From Microthyrium microscopicum (taxonomy: Eukaryota): a DNA stretch of 64,000 nucleotides. The notes beneath the pieces are model-generated. The model saw only the letters and a list, made by a program, of their open reading frames with translations. It was not told where the DNA came from and did not search any database. Position numbers and translations under genes: made by a program. The DNA lies in the NCBI GenBank assembly GCA_010405405.1, contig MU004231.1, forward strand, positions 1,681,784-1,745,783, in the 5' to 3' direction. Positions 37,731 through 51,500 of this stretch are shown in pieces. The stretch's first letter is position 1. Every line of letters starts with the position of its first letter.

Positions 37731-38312
37731 TCATGAAAGAGAAGCCAAAACTGTCCGTGCTTCGGAGACTGAACCATAATCACTGAGAATGGCTGCTATC
37801 AACGCCGAATCTGTAGCAGGAAATTCATTTTCGAGATGAGCTTGATCTGACATGTCTTCTTTTTTCCCGTCGGTCCCTACTGCCAGTTTTTGATGTGGTG
37901 GAGAGATAGGTACCGAAAACTCGGTTTCCGGAGCACTGGCCGCGTTCTTCTTGTTTTTCTTCTTTTGGTTACGCGATGGTGCTTTGATGTAGTCTGAGAG
38001 ACTGCTGGACGCAGTTGCTGGAGCTTCAGTCTTTCTGAAATCTTCTTGGAATTTGTAAGGACTTGTTAGATTATGGCGCGCATCCAAGCTGTTTTGTACC
38101 AAAACATTAGGATTATCGCCCGTGTTCAGTGACTGCACTCTGCCCACGGCTCCGGTCTGAAGCCTAACCTTTATACCACGAGGGTGGTCGCCTTTGGTCA
38201 AGATGTCTGCAATAACGCCTGTGGTGAGCTTTCCAGTGGGCTGGTCGGCCTTGAGAACGATATTTACAAGCCGGCCGGGGCCTAGAGTAGAGTACTTTGG
38301 AACTGGCGCCAT
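37731..38312 (-). CDS. YwbE/DUF2196-like protein with C-terminal CUE-like helical domain
   Basis: VNIVLKADQPTGKLTTGVIADILT.GDHPRGIKVRL..GAVGRVQ; C-terminal LENEFPATDSALIAAILSDY..AR.VL..LS. Confidence 0.8.
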   Translation of the reverse strand: MAPVPKYSTLGPGRLVNIVLKADQPTGKLTTGVIADILTKGDHPRGIKVRLQTGAVGRVQSLNTGDNPNVLVQNSLDARHNLTSPYKFQEDFRKTEAPATASSSLSDYIKAPSRNQKKKNKKNAASAPETEFSVPISPPHQKLAVGTDGKKEDMSDQAHLENEFPATDSALIAAILSDYGSVSEARTVLASLS

Positions 38313-38723
38313 TGGTTTGTCTAGCTTGGGATGATATTATACGATTGACGTTGTGCTGAAAAGTGTTTTGGAATATGAAGTGGCAGTTTGTGGCGTAGAT
38401 CTCGCGCTAGCATGTGACAGGGATCAAGGTTAGAGTACTTTACCCGTAGTCCATTCTTGATGGACAGCTATATTTCGTCCGAAAATGGCAGTAGAAAAGC
38501 TTCATGTTTCTATACAGGAATCCGGGTCTTTTGATTATTCAACTTAAATGAACCTGTTTTGGGCTCTCAAAGTTTAGTGTGACGAGAATTTGTGCTCTTG
38601 GACGAAAACGTTCAATCATCAAATGATCTTCGCCAAGCCAACACGTGAGATTGGAATATTCGTTAGTCTTGCATCTGGTTGAAAGAACGGCTTGGCGAGC
38701 GTTGAATCTGAGTGGTATGGCCA

Positions 38724-38935
38724 CAACGGCATGGCAAAATGAAGGGCGTGCTCCCATCAACTCTGATGGCGCCCCGAGGCTACGGTCTGTTGTCGAGTGC
38801 TTTATTTGCCATAAAGGGCGTTCGGATTAGGAGTATTTATCAGATACGATGGGAATTAAAGCCCTGTTGGTTAGCAGCGCTGGTGGTAGCCATCAGAGTT
38901 GTTGGGAGTATACCATTTATTTTGCCATGCCGTTG
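38724..38935. repeat. Inverted repeat, 47-bp arms (38724-38770 / 38889-38935), 118-nt loop
   Basis: CAACGGCATGGCAAAATGAAGGGCGTGCTCCCATCAACTCTGATGGC matches the reverse complement of the right arm at 41/47 positions. Confidence 0.9.
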
Positions 38936-39667
38936 GGTCATTAGCCCGTTAACGTGTACCGAGCAGCCTGATACACTAGGATAGCTTTCTGGGTCAACTG
39001 GAACATCATTGAGCCAACACATTTCGCAGACATGCATCATGTGTAGTAAATCCGGTCACTGGCGATCAGGCTGAGAATCTTCCTCCAGGCAAATGGTGGA
39101 TATGTGTAAGTTCTAAACATGGAATGAGAGCCTGCTGTTAGGTTCAGTTTCGATTCGCTCAAGAGCAAGTATATCCCTACCATTGCCATTGACTGCCTCG
39201 TAATATGCGAGCCTAAATTCGGCTTCGTGTCTTGACTGAGCTAATCAACTTCTGTAAAAGTCTGTGTGCCTTGTGTTGTGTACGGGTGTATTCTTTCTGC
39301 AATGAGACTAGATTGGGAATACCATGTCAGCCTTGTGCAGTAGATACTTCACGCAACCGGACCTAAGCTTCAAGCGGCCCACTCGAATACTCAAACCCAA
39401 GAAAAGCACAACTTAGGATTGATTCCGTAGAACTTGGCAACCGTAAGATCAAGTGGATAGTGTCATGATCATACCTAACTCTTGTTTACCCAGAAAATCA
39501 TAGACTAATGAACCCTCTTCAGCGCGGTTGGCCGCAAACTCGGTCGGCCAGCAATATTCAACCATTGCAGTCGCTCGACACTGGTCAACGGAAAACTGCT
39601 CGGTTTCCATTTCTCTCACAACCTTGTCTTCAATCTGGGTTCGATACTACCTTAGACACTACGAAAT

Positions 39668-40967
39668 ATGACAATCACGAATCACCCATCAAGCTACCTA
39701 AGCAATACAGACACCTCGTCCGGAAAGCCAAGCGCTGTTTCACCTGCCATTGGTCCTAACAACGCATCACCATCAAATATGCATCGACAGAGATCAGAGG
39801 ATACTAAGCGTCAACCTCCACCGAAGCCGAGCCTGATTACTGTCATTGACATTCGGAGTTGGCCTGTTACTAAGCTGAAGATAGTTCTGGATGACTTGAA
39901 GCAGCTGGAGCATGCAATCGACCCGGAAGCCACCCCAAGATTAACAGTTAACGAGTACCAAATCAGATCAAACTTGATTTCATTAATGAAAGAGTTTCAA
40001 AATACTGTTTGCGACAACTCCTTCAGTCCCAGGTCCAAAACAGAAAGATTGAAACTATATCAAGAGCTCAGTAGTCAACTCTACACCATTTGGGAGAGAA
40101 ACAACAGAACTGTCTGCCATTCATGTGTTGTCTGTGGGGAGGTTAAGAAGCAGCATCACTTCAACTTGCCACCAACTGAAAGGTGCTCTCATCCAAACCG
40201 ATGCTGCAGGGACTGTTTGTCAAAGTGGTAGGTTTTTGACGTATTCATGGTCTTTTCTAATCTCGAAGTCTTCACTTTGTGCAATCGACTTATTTCTCAT
40301 CTTCGTCGACTTCTGCATTGTTATGAGCTAATCAAGTTCAGGACTACCACTCAGTTCGAATCTCAAGGCTGGGATCATATCAGATGTCCGGAATGCCCTG
40401 AGATTTTGGGGCGATACGATTTCAAAGAAGTGGCGCCAAAGTCAATATATAAGAAGTAAGATTGTGAGAATTTTTCATGGAAATGCGATACTTAAGATCC
40501 TCAGATATAAATCGCTCCGTAATCGATCGATACTTAGCTCCGACCCAGACTGGCACTGGTGTCTATCAAGCAAATGTAATGCAGGTAAAGTGCACTGTCC
40601 ATCGTTACATGGGCCCAAGTACGTATGCGATAAATGCGGGCACAAAGCTTGCATAACACATATGACAAAATGGCACTCGAACGAGGATTGTGTTGAATTC
40701 GATGACCGTGTAACTGGCAAAACAGCCCAGCGAAAGCGTGATGCAGAAAATGCGAGCGAGCGGTGGAAAGGCAAACAGGCCAAATTATGCTATCACTGTG
40801 ATGTTGTTATTCATAAAATAAGTGGCTGTAATGCCATGCATTGTAGGTTCATGTCGAAGGTCGTGAAAATTCCGCTTCGCTAAATGTCACCAGGCACAAA
40901 TTGCAATAAAAGCTTCGATTGGGCAAAAGCTCAAGCGTATAGACCAACATTTGTTGAGACTGCATGA
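39668..40967 (+). CDS. RBR (RING-IBR-RING) E3 ubiquitin ligase; 4 exons
   Basis: RING1 CVVC..CSH..CRDC..CPEC; IBR WCLSSKC..CDKCGHKACITH..WH...C; RING2 CYHC..K.SGCNAMHC.NC...FDW. GT-AG introns. Confidence 0.85.
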
Positions 40968-41288
40968 AAGGCTGCGCCTAAGAACCAGAAGAGTCCAGAG
41001 TAGGCGAGAGTGAGCACATATATGAAGTTCAATTGGGAGTAGCTTCAAGAAATCATGTCATAATCCATCGACTCTGTTTCAGTGTTCGAGAACCGTTTGT
41101 CTGACTGATAATGGATCTGATTGGATGTCTTACAATAAGAATACAATTCTATGTCAACTGAGAAGTATTAAGGTGGTGTATAAAAAAACATGAGAAAGAA
41201 AACATAATCCAGTGCTGACTTCGTAGAACGAATCGACTTGATTCATGAAACCCCTATCCCATTTCCATTAATTACATGCTTGATGGTC

Positions 41289-44200
41289 TTAACGAGTGGA
41301 ACTAGCAGGCTTGGTGGATGTGCTGAAAGTTGTTCTTGTGGAGGAGCTGGTCACTGATGACGAGGCTACCAAAGGAGCATAAGGAGGACAGTAGGTGTCG
41401 GTAGTAGCAGGCTTGGTCGATGTTGTACCCACGCGCACCATGACTTGACCGTTAGTCTTTGGCACAATAGCGAAGCCAGCAGTGCTGTACAGCAAGCATG
41501 CAGTTGCTTGCGTAGTTCCAGTGAAATCGACACCGGCACAGTCAGCAGCAGCAATACAGGCTTGAAGACATGAAGCATCGCTCAAGGAGCTGGACCCAGG
41601 ACCCAATTTGGCTGTTACGGTAGTTGCCGTTAAACCGTAGCCGCAGAAATTCTTGAACCACCTTGTGGTCGAGCCGCTGGTTTGGCTGCCGCATTGTAGG
41701 CTATTGGATGAGGTGCCTGAGCAGCTGACAGTTGTAATTGTTGCACCAGGGCAAGTCGCAGGGCATGCGGAGGCAGATGGTGCTGCGCTGCTGCTGCTGC
41801 TGGATGCGGGTTTAGACGAGGAAGAGGAGATAAGTGAGCTTGACGATGCCTTCGTCGACGATGACGATACAACTGAGCTTGAAGATATCTTGGTCGAAGA
41901 TGAAGACTTGACTGAGCTCGATGAAGTAAAGGAGCTTGAGGTCACACCTGGTGCACTGGTTGAAGGAATCGAGCTCGATGCTGCGGGAGAGGCTGAGGAT
42001 GAAGTGGCAATACTGCTGGTCGCTTGACTGCTAGTAGCAACGACAGAACTCACCGAAGAGCTTGCACTGTCGCTAGAGCTAGCAATAGCACTTGAGGAGC
42101 TGGGGACATCGCTAGAAGAGCTAGGGATATCGCTAGAAGAGCTTGGAACGTCGCTGGAAGAGCTTGGAATGTCGCTGGAAGAACTTGGAACGTCGCTGGA
42201 AGAACTTGGAGAGCTGGAGGAACTGGCAATGTCACTAGAGCTGGAAGAACTTGGAGAGCTGGAAGAACTGGCAATGTCACTAGAGCTGGAAGAACTTGGN
42301 NNNNNNNNNNNNNNNNNNNNNNNNNNNNNNNNNNNNNNNNNNNNNNNNNNNNNNNNNNNNNNNNNNNNNNNNNNNNNNNNNNNNGAACTGGCAATGTCAC
42401 TAGAGCTGGAAGAACTTGGAGAGCTGGAAGAACTGGCAATGTCACTAGAGCTGGAAGAACTTGGCGAGCTGGAGGAACTGGCAATATCGCTGGAGCTGGA
42501 ACCTGAACTTGGAGAGCTGGAGGAACTGGCAATGTCACTAGAGCTGGAAGAACTTGGAGAGCTGGAGGAACTAGCAATATCGCTAGAGCTGGAAGAGCTT
42601 GGGGGGCTGGAGGAACTTGGCACGCTGGAGGAGCTGACAACATCGCTGGAAGAGCTGACGTCGGAGGAAGTTGCCACAGCGCTGGAAGACGCGGGAGAAG
42701 AACTTGAGCTCATGTCAGAAGATGATGCAATGCTACTAGAGCTTGCGACGCTTGATGAGTCCGTGGCTGAAGCTGAAGAAGAGACTACCGAGCTTGAGGT
42801 TGAGGCAAAGCATGCGAGATCATAAAAGTGATAAGGTGACGCTGTGTTGGAGACCCAGTTTCCTGCAACGACAGCTGTGTACAAAAGGCACTCCGTGCCG
42901 CCAAATGTGAGTGACAAGCAGCCAGCCTCTGATTGGCAAAGAGCAGCGCAAGAAGCTACGTCGGCAACATTTCCATCGTATAAGAATGATGCAGGTTTGC
43001 CCTGATCATAACCCGCCAGATTGCAGCTTGAGCTGGACGCGCTTGGGGCGCTGCTTGATGAAGTAATGGTAGCTGAAATGCTGCTAGAACTGTCAACACT
43101 GCTAGTGGAAATTTGCGAGGCAGAGTCAGTTGAGGATGCTGTGGAAGAACCACTAGACATTGACGAAGAGGAAGAAGTCGACGAGAAACATGCGAGGTCG
43201 TAAAAGATGTAAGATGAACTGGGGTTCGAAATGAAGTTTCCAGCAACAACAGCTTGGTATGTAAGACACTCGGTGCCACTGCCGCCGAACGCAAAGGCGA
43301 GGCATGATCCCAAGCCTCTGCATTCCGCAGCGCATGCAGCCACGTCGGCAGTGTTTCCATCGTAAGTGTAGGCCAGAGGGGATTTGTTGTCATAGCCTGC
43401 CATACCACACGATGCAGATACGGATGGAGCAGCAGAGCTTGAAGTGGTCGACGAGATGCTGGAAGATATATCTGAGGAGGAGCTGCTAGAGGCTGCAGTA
43501 CTTGAGCTAGATAGGTCGCTTGAGGAAGAGGACGCACTAGACGAGACCTCGGAGGATGAAGCAGTGCTTGATATAGACGAAGTCTCAGATGACGAGGCTG
43601 TGCTGGACGCAGTTGAAGATACGTCAGAAGAACTTGCTGAGCTTGAAGCAGTTGACGACACTTCAGATGATGAAGCGGTGCTGGAAGCAGTTGAAGATAC
43701 GTCGGAAGAACTCGCTGAGCTTGAAACGGTTGACGACACTTCAGATGATGAAGCGGTGCTGGAAGCAGTTGAAGATACGTCGGAAGAACTCGCTGAGCTT
43801 GAAGCAGTTGACGACAATTCAGATGATGAAGCGGTGCTGGAAGCAGTTGAAGATACGTCGGAAGAACTCGCTGAGCTTGAAACGGTTGACGACACTTCAG
43901 ATGATGAAGCTGTGCTGGAAGCAGTTGAAGATACGTCGGAAGAACTCGCTAAGCTTGAAACGGTTGACGACACTTCAGATGATGAAGCGGTGCTGGAAGC
44001 GGTTGAAGATACATCGGAAGAAGTTGCTGAGCTCGAAACTTTTGACGACACATCAGATGATGATGCTGTGCTGGAAGCAGTTGACGATACTTCGGAAGAG
44101 GAGGCGGTACTTGATGAGCTCTCGGTCGATGATGCAGTGGAAGACACGGTGGAAGACATATCAGATGAAGCCGTGGATGAGACAGTAGAGGAAGAAGCGG

Positions 44201-45835
44201 TTGAGGAAGGTACAGACGAGCTTGTAGAAGAGCTCAAGTCTGAACTGCTTGAAGTAGCCGATGAACTGGCTGAACTTGATTCTGTTGAACTGACATCTGA
44301 GCTTGAGCTAGATGCTGAGCTAGATGCTGAGCTGGATGCCGAGCTGGATGCCGAGCTGGTGGCGGAAGAATCTACAGAAGAAGAGCTGCTAGCTGATGAT
44401 GAGATATCAGAGCTACTGGCGGAGCTTGATGCTGCGGAACTGGTCGCGGAACTTGATACGGCAGAACTAGTTGCGGAGCTTGATACAGTCGAACTGCCGG
44501 CCGAGGAGACATCAGAGCTGGTCGCGGAGCTTGAGGCAGAGCTACTAGCTGCTGATGATGATATATCAGAGCTCGTCGCGGAACTCGATGTAGCAGAGCT
44601 GGTGACCGACGAGGAGACTGCTGAGCTGGAGCTGGAGCTGGACACGGCAGAGCTAATCGCAGATGAGGAAGCAGAACTTGATACTACAGAGCTGCTGCTG
44701 GCCGATGAAGAAATGGCGGAACTGCTGGCCGACGACGAAATGGAGGAACTAGTAGCCGGAGCGCTCGATGAACTGCTCGCGACAACGAAGCACGAAATGT
44801 CGTAAAACTTGTATGGTGAGGCTGTGTTGGTGTTTAGGTTTCCAGTCACTGCACCCTTGTACAAGAGACACGTATTTGAGCCAACGGCGAAGGACAAGCA
44901 GCCGGTGTTGGCTTTGCAATACGCTGTACATCCCGCAAGCGTTATCTGCGCCGCCGTGGTACTAACAAGGTAGGCTGGAAATCTGTTAGCATAAGAGTAC
45001 GACCAAAATTATCGACTTGAAAAGACCATTTGGTCATTTCGCGAGAAACCGCAAAACATGCAAACACCCATCTCATTCGGTGGGAGCCATAGCTCTCGAT
45101 AGAAGTGCATTGCACGGTGCCCATCAAATGCGATGTGAGATGTCATGTCCTTGGTCTTATCGTATGTCATCAAGATGTGTGATGAGAAACCAGGGCTATC
45201 TTACCGGCCGGCTTTTGGTTGTCATATCCGGCGGTTCCACAAATTCCTGATCCCAGTGGAGCTGGCGCGCTTGATGTTGATGACTTGATGCTCGAACTTG
45301 AGGAAGGCTTGACACTGGACGTTGACGATGGCTTGACGGAAGAGGAGCTCGAAGGTTTGACACTCGAAGTAGAAGCAGGTTTGCTAGAGCTGGATGGCTT
45401 GATACTAGAAGTTGAGGATGACTTGACTGAAGAGCTCGAGGCTTTGACGCTTGAAGATGACGCTGGCTTGGAAGAAGTCGACGTTGGCTTGATAGAAGAT
45501 GTTGTTGCTACACATGAGCGGTCATAGAAGGCATAGGGAGAGGCCGTGTTTGCCATGAAATTATTGGTACTAGTCAAGGTAAGCATTAAATCATATCATT
45601 CGTGATGTAGAGACCCATACGTAGGGACTGTATAAAGAAGGCAAGTGGCAGATCCAAACGCGAAGGATTGGCAAGTTGTATCTGCTAAACATTTTGTCCC
45701 ACAGGCAGTATATGTTGCTGCTGCTGACACAGAATACGCGAAGGTGCCGCCATCATATCCTTTGGCTCCACAAGCAGCAGACTGCGCGGTGGCAGCAAGT
45801 GCTGCGACGAGCCCGACTGACAGAAACGAAGGCAT
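41289..45835 (-). CDS. Secreted Ser-rich mucin/adhesin-like protein with four related 6-Cys PAN/Apple-like modules plus a distinct C-terminal Cys domain; 3 exons; spans an assembly gap
   Basis: Signal peptide MPSFLSVGLVAALAATAQS. Repeated C...GYD..C...C...C.SF.FG...CL.Y...N...SPY.FYD..C. Introns 45570-45620 and 44975-45204. Confidence 0.85.
42090..42620 (-). repeat. Coding tandem repeats (45-bp SSSSDIASSSSSPSS and 21-bp units)
   Basis: Unit GAACTGGCAATGTCACTAGAGCTGGAAGAACTTGGAGAGCTGGAA is repeated on both sides of the N gap. Confidence 0.9.
42300..42384. other. Assembly gap (85 N) inside the tandem repeat
   Basis: Run of N. Confidence 1.
43560..44110 (-). repeat. Coding 78-bp (26-aa) tandem repeat SSSDVSSTASSTASSSEVSSTVSSSA, ~7 copies
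   Basis: Near-identical units at 78-bp period (e.g. 43645, 43723, 43801). Confidence 0.9.
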
Positions 45836-48506
45836 TACTATAAAACGAATGTTAAAAGAAAGACAATCAAGAGCAATAACGAGTGTACTCCGAAGGGAAG
45901 AAAGTGACGAGAAGAGGAAACAGAGAAGGAGTAATATTTCTACAAGATTAGAAAAACAACACTACGGCCATCTCCATGCTTAGACAGAGCAACTACCAAA
46001 TCAAGCACTCCTTTCTTGTTAGCATTTGGTGCAATCGATGCCAAGTCCAAAGCAAAAGAACTGAAGCTGTCGCGACTCTGGAAATGCGCCATGGGCGGCG
46101 CCACATGTTGGTCTAGATTGGTCGAAGAAATCGATTTGCAGTAAATCCAAGGTCCTTGTGAAGGGTGGATCTAGAATCCTAGATCAATTCATAGTGGCTC
46201 GCGTGTCTCGCGTGCGTAGCAGCGGGACCCCCGTCTTTCTTCAAGCCACTATTGACTCCAAACTGTTGGGCTGTAGTGCGACTTCACTTTTTACAGTTCC
46301 AGCCTCAAGTCGCAATCGACTAGCATCATAGAAGAAAGTCGGTAATGGATCATGCAGGAGCGCCTAAGGTCATGAAGGCTTGAGAGATTATCAAAGTCGC
46401 ATTAAAGGTTCATGGTGATTGATATGGTTGAGATGTTGAAAAGAGCCGCAAAGTGCAGGTAAGGAGTAATGAGATTGAGGAAGTTAAAATCTGGCGCTAG
46501 TCTCTTTACAGCCGAGCATTCGCCGCTTTCCCCCTTTTTGGCTGTTGCTTCCAAGATCCTGCAACTTTTGATTTTCCAAGTTCCGTTCCTGGGGACCTGT
46601 GGACGGCCAGACGGAATCAGCGGCTATATTTTTGTACCTGCAGCAGTGCATGATCCAATCATCCAACCAGAGAACCATGTGGGGGTGAAACCTGATTCTC
46701 ATGGCCTTTCAAGGCTCCAAGGTCATTGATTGATCGTTCTGACGCTATCAGTATCGCGAGTTCTTGCAGCTGCCTCATCACATTCACAATTCACAACTCC
46801 GCACGCCGTGCAGCTCATTGAAGAGAAAAAGCCGACAGAGCTGCCAGCTGTATGCATTGTGAATCTGCGACTGACCAAGAGATAACAATCAGTACTAAAC
46901 TTCGACTTACTTGACTCAGATCGCTACGCCTTGATAGCGAACTCCCGTTTCTTTGAAGTTACCGACATGTCTGAAAACTGAACGCGACGCGTTCGTTGAT
47001 ACTCTCTTCAATGCTCGCCGCCGCCGCTCGGCGTATTACCGACACTCGGCCTGGCAGCCCTGGCTTGGTTTGTCGCCATTGAGTTCTCGACTAAAACCGA
47101 TGCGTCTTTACTTATCTAGGTCGATGGGTAAACTTTTCCATGAGTTTGATCCCTATCAATCTGTTGGATGTCCTTCACGACACATTCGATGTACAAACCT
47201 TAGTAGACTCGACCTTGCTTTAGCCAAATACCCTCTTAACTATCAAAATGCTCTTTTATTTTGCCGCTAATCTTATCGACCTTGGCTCTTCTTGGATTCA
47301 AGGCCTCAGTTCGACCGAAATGGGCACGGACCTACTACTTGCTTTTCGAGCTGCACCGAGCTGAAATCAGACAGACATAACAGGTTTACTTTTTAGGTTG
47401 GCTTTTAAAAGCCATATGCTCGTCGTACAAAAGAAACGAGGTGAACACTGAAGCCAACTCAGGTTGAGATTCGACTTGAGGCAGCTTCATGACTTATTCC
47501 GCGCAAATGCTTCCCAAGTCCCATCAGGCAAATACTCATCTCCTGAACGCTCATGCGTTGTGAGAGGGAAGCTTCACAGCCGGCGCCCTTTTCGCGGTGA
47601 AGTCAGCCATAGTCAATAATACTGACAGACATCGGGCACACTGCTCTATAAGAGGTTGCCAAAGAAAAACACGATCAGCAACTTGAAAGACAATTCGTGT
47701 TGACTGCAAGATTGTTCCATATTGTCAATTCCCAAGTTTTGGTGGCAAAACAACATAGATTGAGATGCGCGAACTGGCAGCGCGACATTGCCTGGGCAGA
47801 AAAACACGATGTATTGAAATTGGCGAACAATCCAGGAAGTAGTGTCAAGAACGGAGCCATTCTCTGTTTATAGAATAACCAAGCTTGTTCTTATTGAGTT
47901 GGCTTGGGAGAAACCTGGGTGGATCATATGAGCACCTTTTTTGGATCACTCTAAATTGATTTAGATGAAGGCCTGGGTCATGTTGCGCTCGAATTGACTG
48001 CGATGGCAAGCCGTTGGTTCTAAGAGTTATGCTGGAAGGTATCGACTTTCCTGCAAAGTACTTGGAGAAGGAACTCCTTTTGTTGGTGAATTTTTCCCTT
48101 TGATACTTTACACCGCAATTCTCACGAATACCAATTAACTCGATTGTGATAGGACGAAAACAACCTTGTATAGGGTCCAGTCGCAAGTGGTCGATGCCAA
48201 AGATTCTAGGTTACGATGTTAAAGGTTTTAGGTTATACCTTTCATGCACAATCTAACCATGTCGGTTAATCTATTAATGATCTCGGAGCCTACCTGATCG
48301 GCAAAATTCAACCCGGCAAAGAAACTTCTCCAGATATATAGATGGGCTTCTATTCGACTCACATCCTTCGCATGAGCTAAAAGGGGACACGACACGACAA
48401 GACAGCAACCGGTCCCGTTGAAGGTCGCTAAAGGGATATGTTAGGGTTTTGCACGATTGAGGTCTAAATTTCACCTTGGTTCTGTATCAATCATTGTGAC
48501 AGAATC

Positions 48507-51500
48507 ATGATATTCACCACACTCCTTTTCGCGGTTTCGCTCCTGTGCCAGCTTGTCTCTGGTGCTGTTGATCAACATCCCACGAGGGCTGCTGAGAAGG
48601 AATCGGCACAGAAATTGGTAACCTGGGACAAAGATTCATTTTTCATTCGTGGAGAGAGGCTCTTTATATATTCTGGAGAGTTTCACGCCTTCCGCCTCCC
48701 GGTTCCCGGATTATGGCTCGATATTTTTCAAAAGATCAAGGCACTAGGATTCAATGCGGTCTCATTCTACATCTACTGGGGTTTACATGAAGGCAAATCT
48801 GGAAGGTTCATTGACGACGGTATCTGGAGTTACGATGAGTTCTTTCGTGCTGCAAAAGAAACTGGTCTTTATTTGATTGCTCGACCTGGCCCCTATATTA
48901 ATGCCGAGACATCAGCTGGCGGTCTACCCGGCTGGACTTTACAAATACCAGTCACTCAACGCTCTGATAACCCAGTCTGGTATAATACAACAGTAAACTA
49001 CCTCGACAATATTCTCGGAATCATTGCAGATCAGCAAATTACTAGAGGCGGACCAGTCATCATGGTACAATCAGAAAACGAGTACACTGGATGGCCAGGT
49101 CTCACCAAGACGGAATTTCCCAACATGGAGAATAAAAAGTACATGCAAGGAGTCAAGCAGATGTTTTTGGATCGAGGGATTGTTGTACCTTTGTACGTTA
49201 ATGATAATACTGTCAGTGGTTATTTTGCGCCTGGAACGGGAGTTGGAGAGCTGGATCTTTATGGAATCGATGCCTATCCACTACGTTACGACTGTTGGAA
49301 TCCAAGCGTATGGCCTATCATAAGGTTCCCGGAGAATTGGCACAAGCTCCACCTCAAACAAAGCCCCAATGCTCCTCTTGCAGTCACAGAGCTTCAAGGC
49401 GGATCCAGCGCTAATTGGGGAGGCGTTGATCAAGATCAATGCGGTGCTCTTGTCAACGAAGAATCAATTAGAGTCTTGCACAAACAACAGTACAGCTTTG
49501 GAACCAGACTGCTGAACATTTACATGGCTTATGGAGGAACAAACTGGGGAAACCTGGGCTATCACGGAGGCGATACATCTTACGACTATGGTGCTTTTAT
49601 TGGCGAGACTCGTCATGTTCGACGTGAGAAATACAGTGAAGTCAAAATCCAAGCCAACTTCCTAAAGGTTACGCCAGCTTACCTGCGAGCTACTCCTGGA
49701 GATGTCTCAAATGGATCGTTTGTGGGCACTGACAAGCTCGCAGTCACTCAAGTCAATGCGACTGACAGTGATACCAAATTCTACATTGTCCGACACGCCG
49801 ACTTTCAATCTCGAGAGATCACAAATTATCGATTAAACGTGTTTTGTAGTCTGGGGAATGTTAGCATTCCTCAAATGGCAGGACAGTTGACGTTGTTTGG
49901 ACGAGACTCGAAGATTCATGTCACCGATTATGATGTTGGCGATATCCTCTTACGATACTCCACAGCTGAAATCTTCACCTGGGCCACGAACCGCGCTGGA
50001 AAGACTATCTTGATTCTCTATGGTGGGGAAGGTGAATGGCATGAATTTGCTGTCGACCAGTCACTTGGAAAACCTGATATTCCGTTAGACGATCCACTCA
50101 TCCAGTTGGGTAATGTACCTCCGGTGTGGCTCGTCAAGTGGAAGGTCACCAAATCACGACGAATCCTGAGATTTGAAGAGGCAGATCTTGAGGTTCATCT
50201 TATCTGGCGTAATCATGCTTACAGCCACTGGACTTTGGAGCTCCCTGCACCGATGCCAATAGGAAACTACTCGTCTCCTTCCAAATCCAGTGTCGTCATT
50301 GCTGGAGGTTATTTGATGCGATCTGCCAGCGTTTCTGGGAACGAGCTTCATCTAACTGGAGATGTGAATGCGACCACTGATATCGAGCTTCTTCACGAAC
50401 CCACAGGCAAAGTCATGCAGATATTCTTCAATGGACATGATTTGAATGCTGCACAATCTCCTGAAGGCCTTCTCAAAGCTACCATTCCATGGAAGGCTCC
50501 TTCATATACTTTGCCAGACTTCTCAGCTACCAAGTGGAAATACATCGATTCTCTACCAGAGCTCTCAGACACATACGATGACTCTAAGTGGACGGCGTGT
50601 GATCGTGCGACTACACCAAATCCTCACAAGCTCCAAACACCTCGTTCACTATATGCAAGTGATTATGGATATCATACAGGGTCCATGATATACCGCGGCT
50701 CTTTCAAAGCGAACGGTAACGAAACTTCGCTATACCTTTTAACAGCCGGCGGCTACGGATTCGGACAAACTATATTCTTAAACGGTACCTATGTCGGGAT
50801 GTGGCCAGGTTCGAACACAAACATGTCCTACGAAGCAACTTACAGTCTCCCTCGGAATCTAAAGCGCAGTGAAAACTACATGTTGACTATCCTCATCGAG
50901 CATTTTGGATTCATCGAGTCCGCTCCTGGCAACGACGAGATCAAGGCGCCGATGGGTATCCGAAACTATAAACTCGATGGACACCCGCAATCCGACATTA
51001 CATGGAAGATGACAGGTAACTTCGGGGGAGAAGACTATGCTGATCTGGTTCGTGGACCAAAAAACGAGGGAGCAATGTTCGCGGAAAGACAAGGTTATCA
51101 CCAGCCCAAGCCGCCCAGTGCAACTTGGAAATCTGTCGATCCTATATCAGAGGGCATTTCTGGCGCTGGTGTTGGATTTTTTACAACAGAGTTTGAATTG
51201 AAAGTGCCTGCGGGATATGATGTGCCAATGTTTGTTCGGTTGGGCAATGATACATTCAACAGAGACGACAAGACATCACCTAGTTGGAGAGCGCAGATAT
51301 ACGTCAATGGATACCAGTTTGGAAAGCACGGTAAGTGAGCCTACTCTCAAGTTCTCGCTCAATTTAACGTCTAGTAGTTTCCAATCTGGGCCCGCAGTAT
51401 AAATATCCTGTCCCTGAGGGTATTCTGAATCACAACGGCATCAATACTCTGGCTATCACTATTTGGTCACTGCGGCCAGAAGGAGCGAGCCTAGGGAAAT

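Noticed and set aside
42169..44805. Long acidic + strand ORFs (218 and 453 aa, E/L/D-rich)
   Set aside because: Antisense shadows of the poly-Ser repeats of the mucin gene.
45836..48506. 2.7-kb divergent intergenic region searched for RNA genes and elements
   Set aside because: No tRNA, riboswitch, TIR or convincing ORF was recognised.
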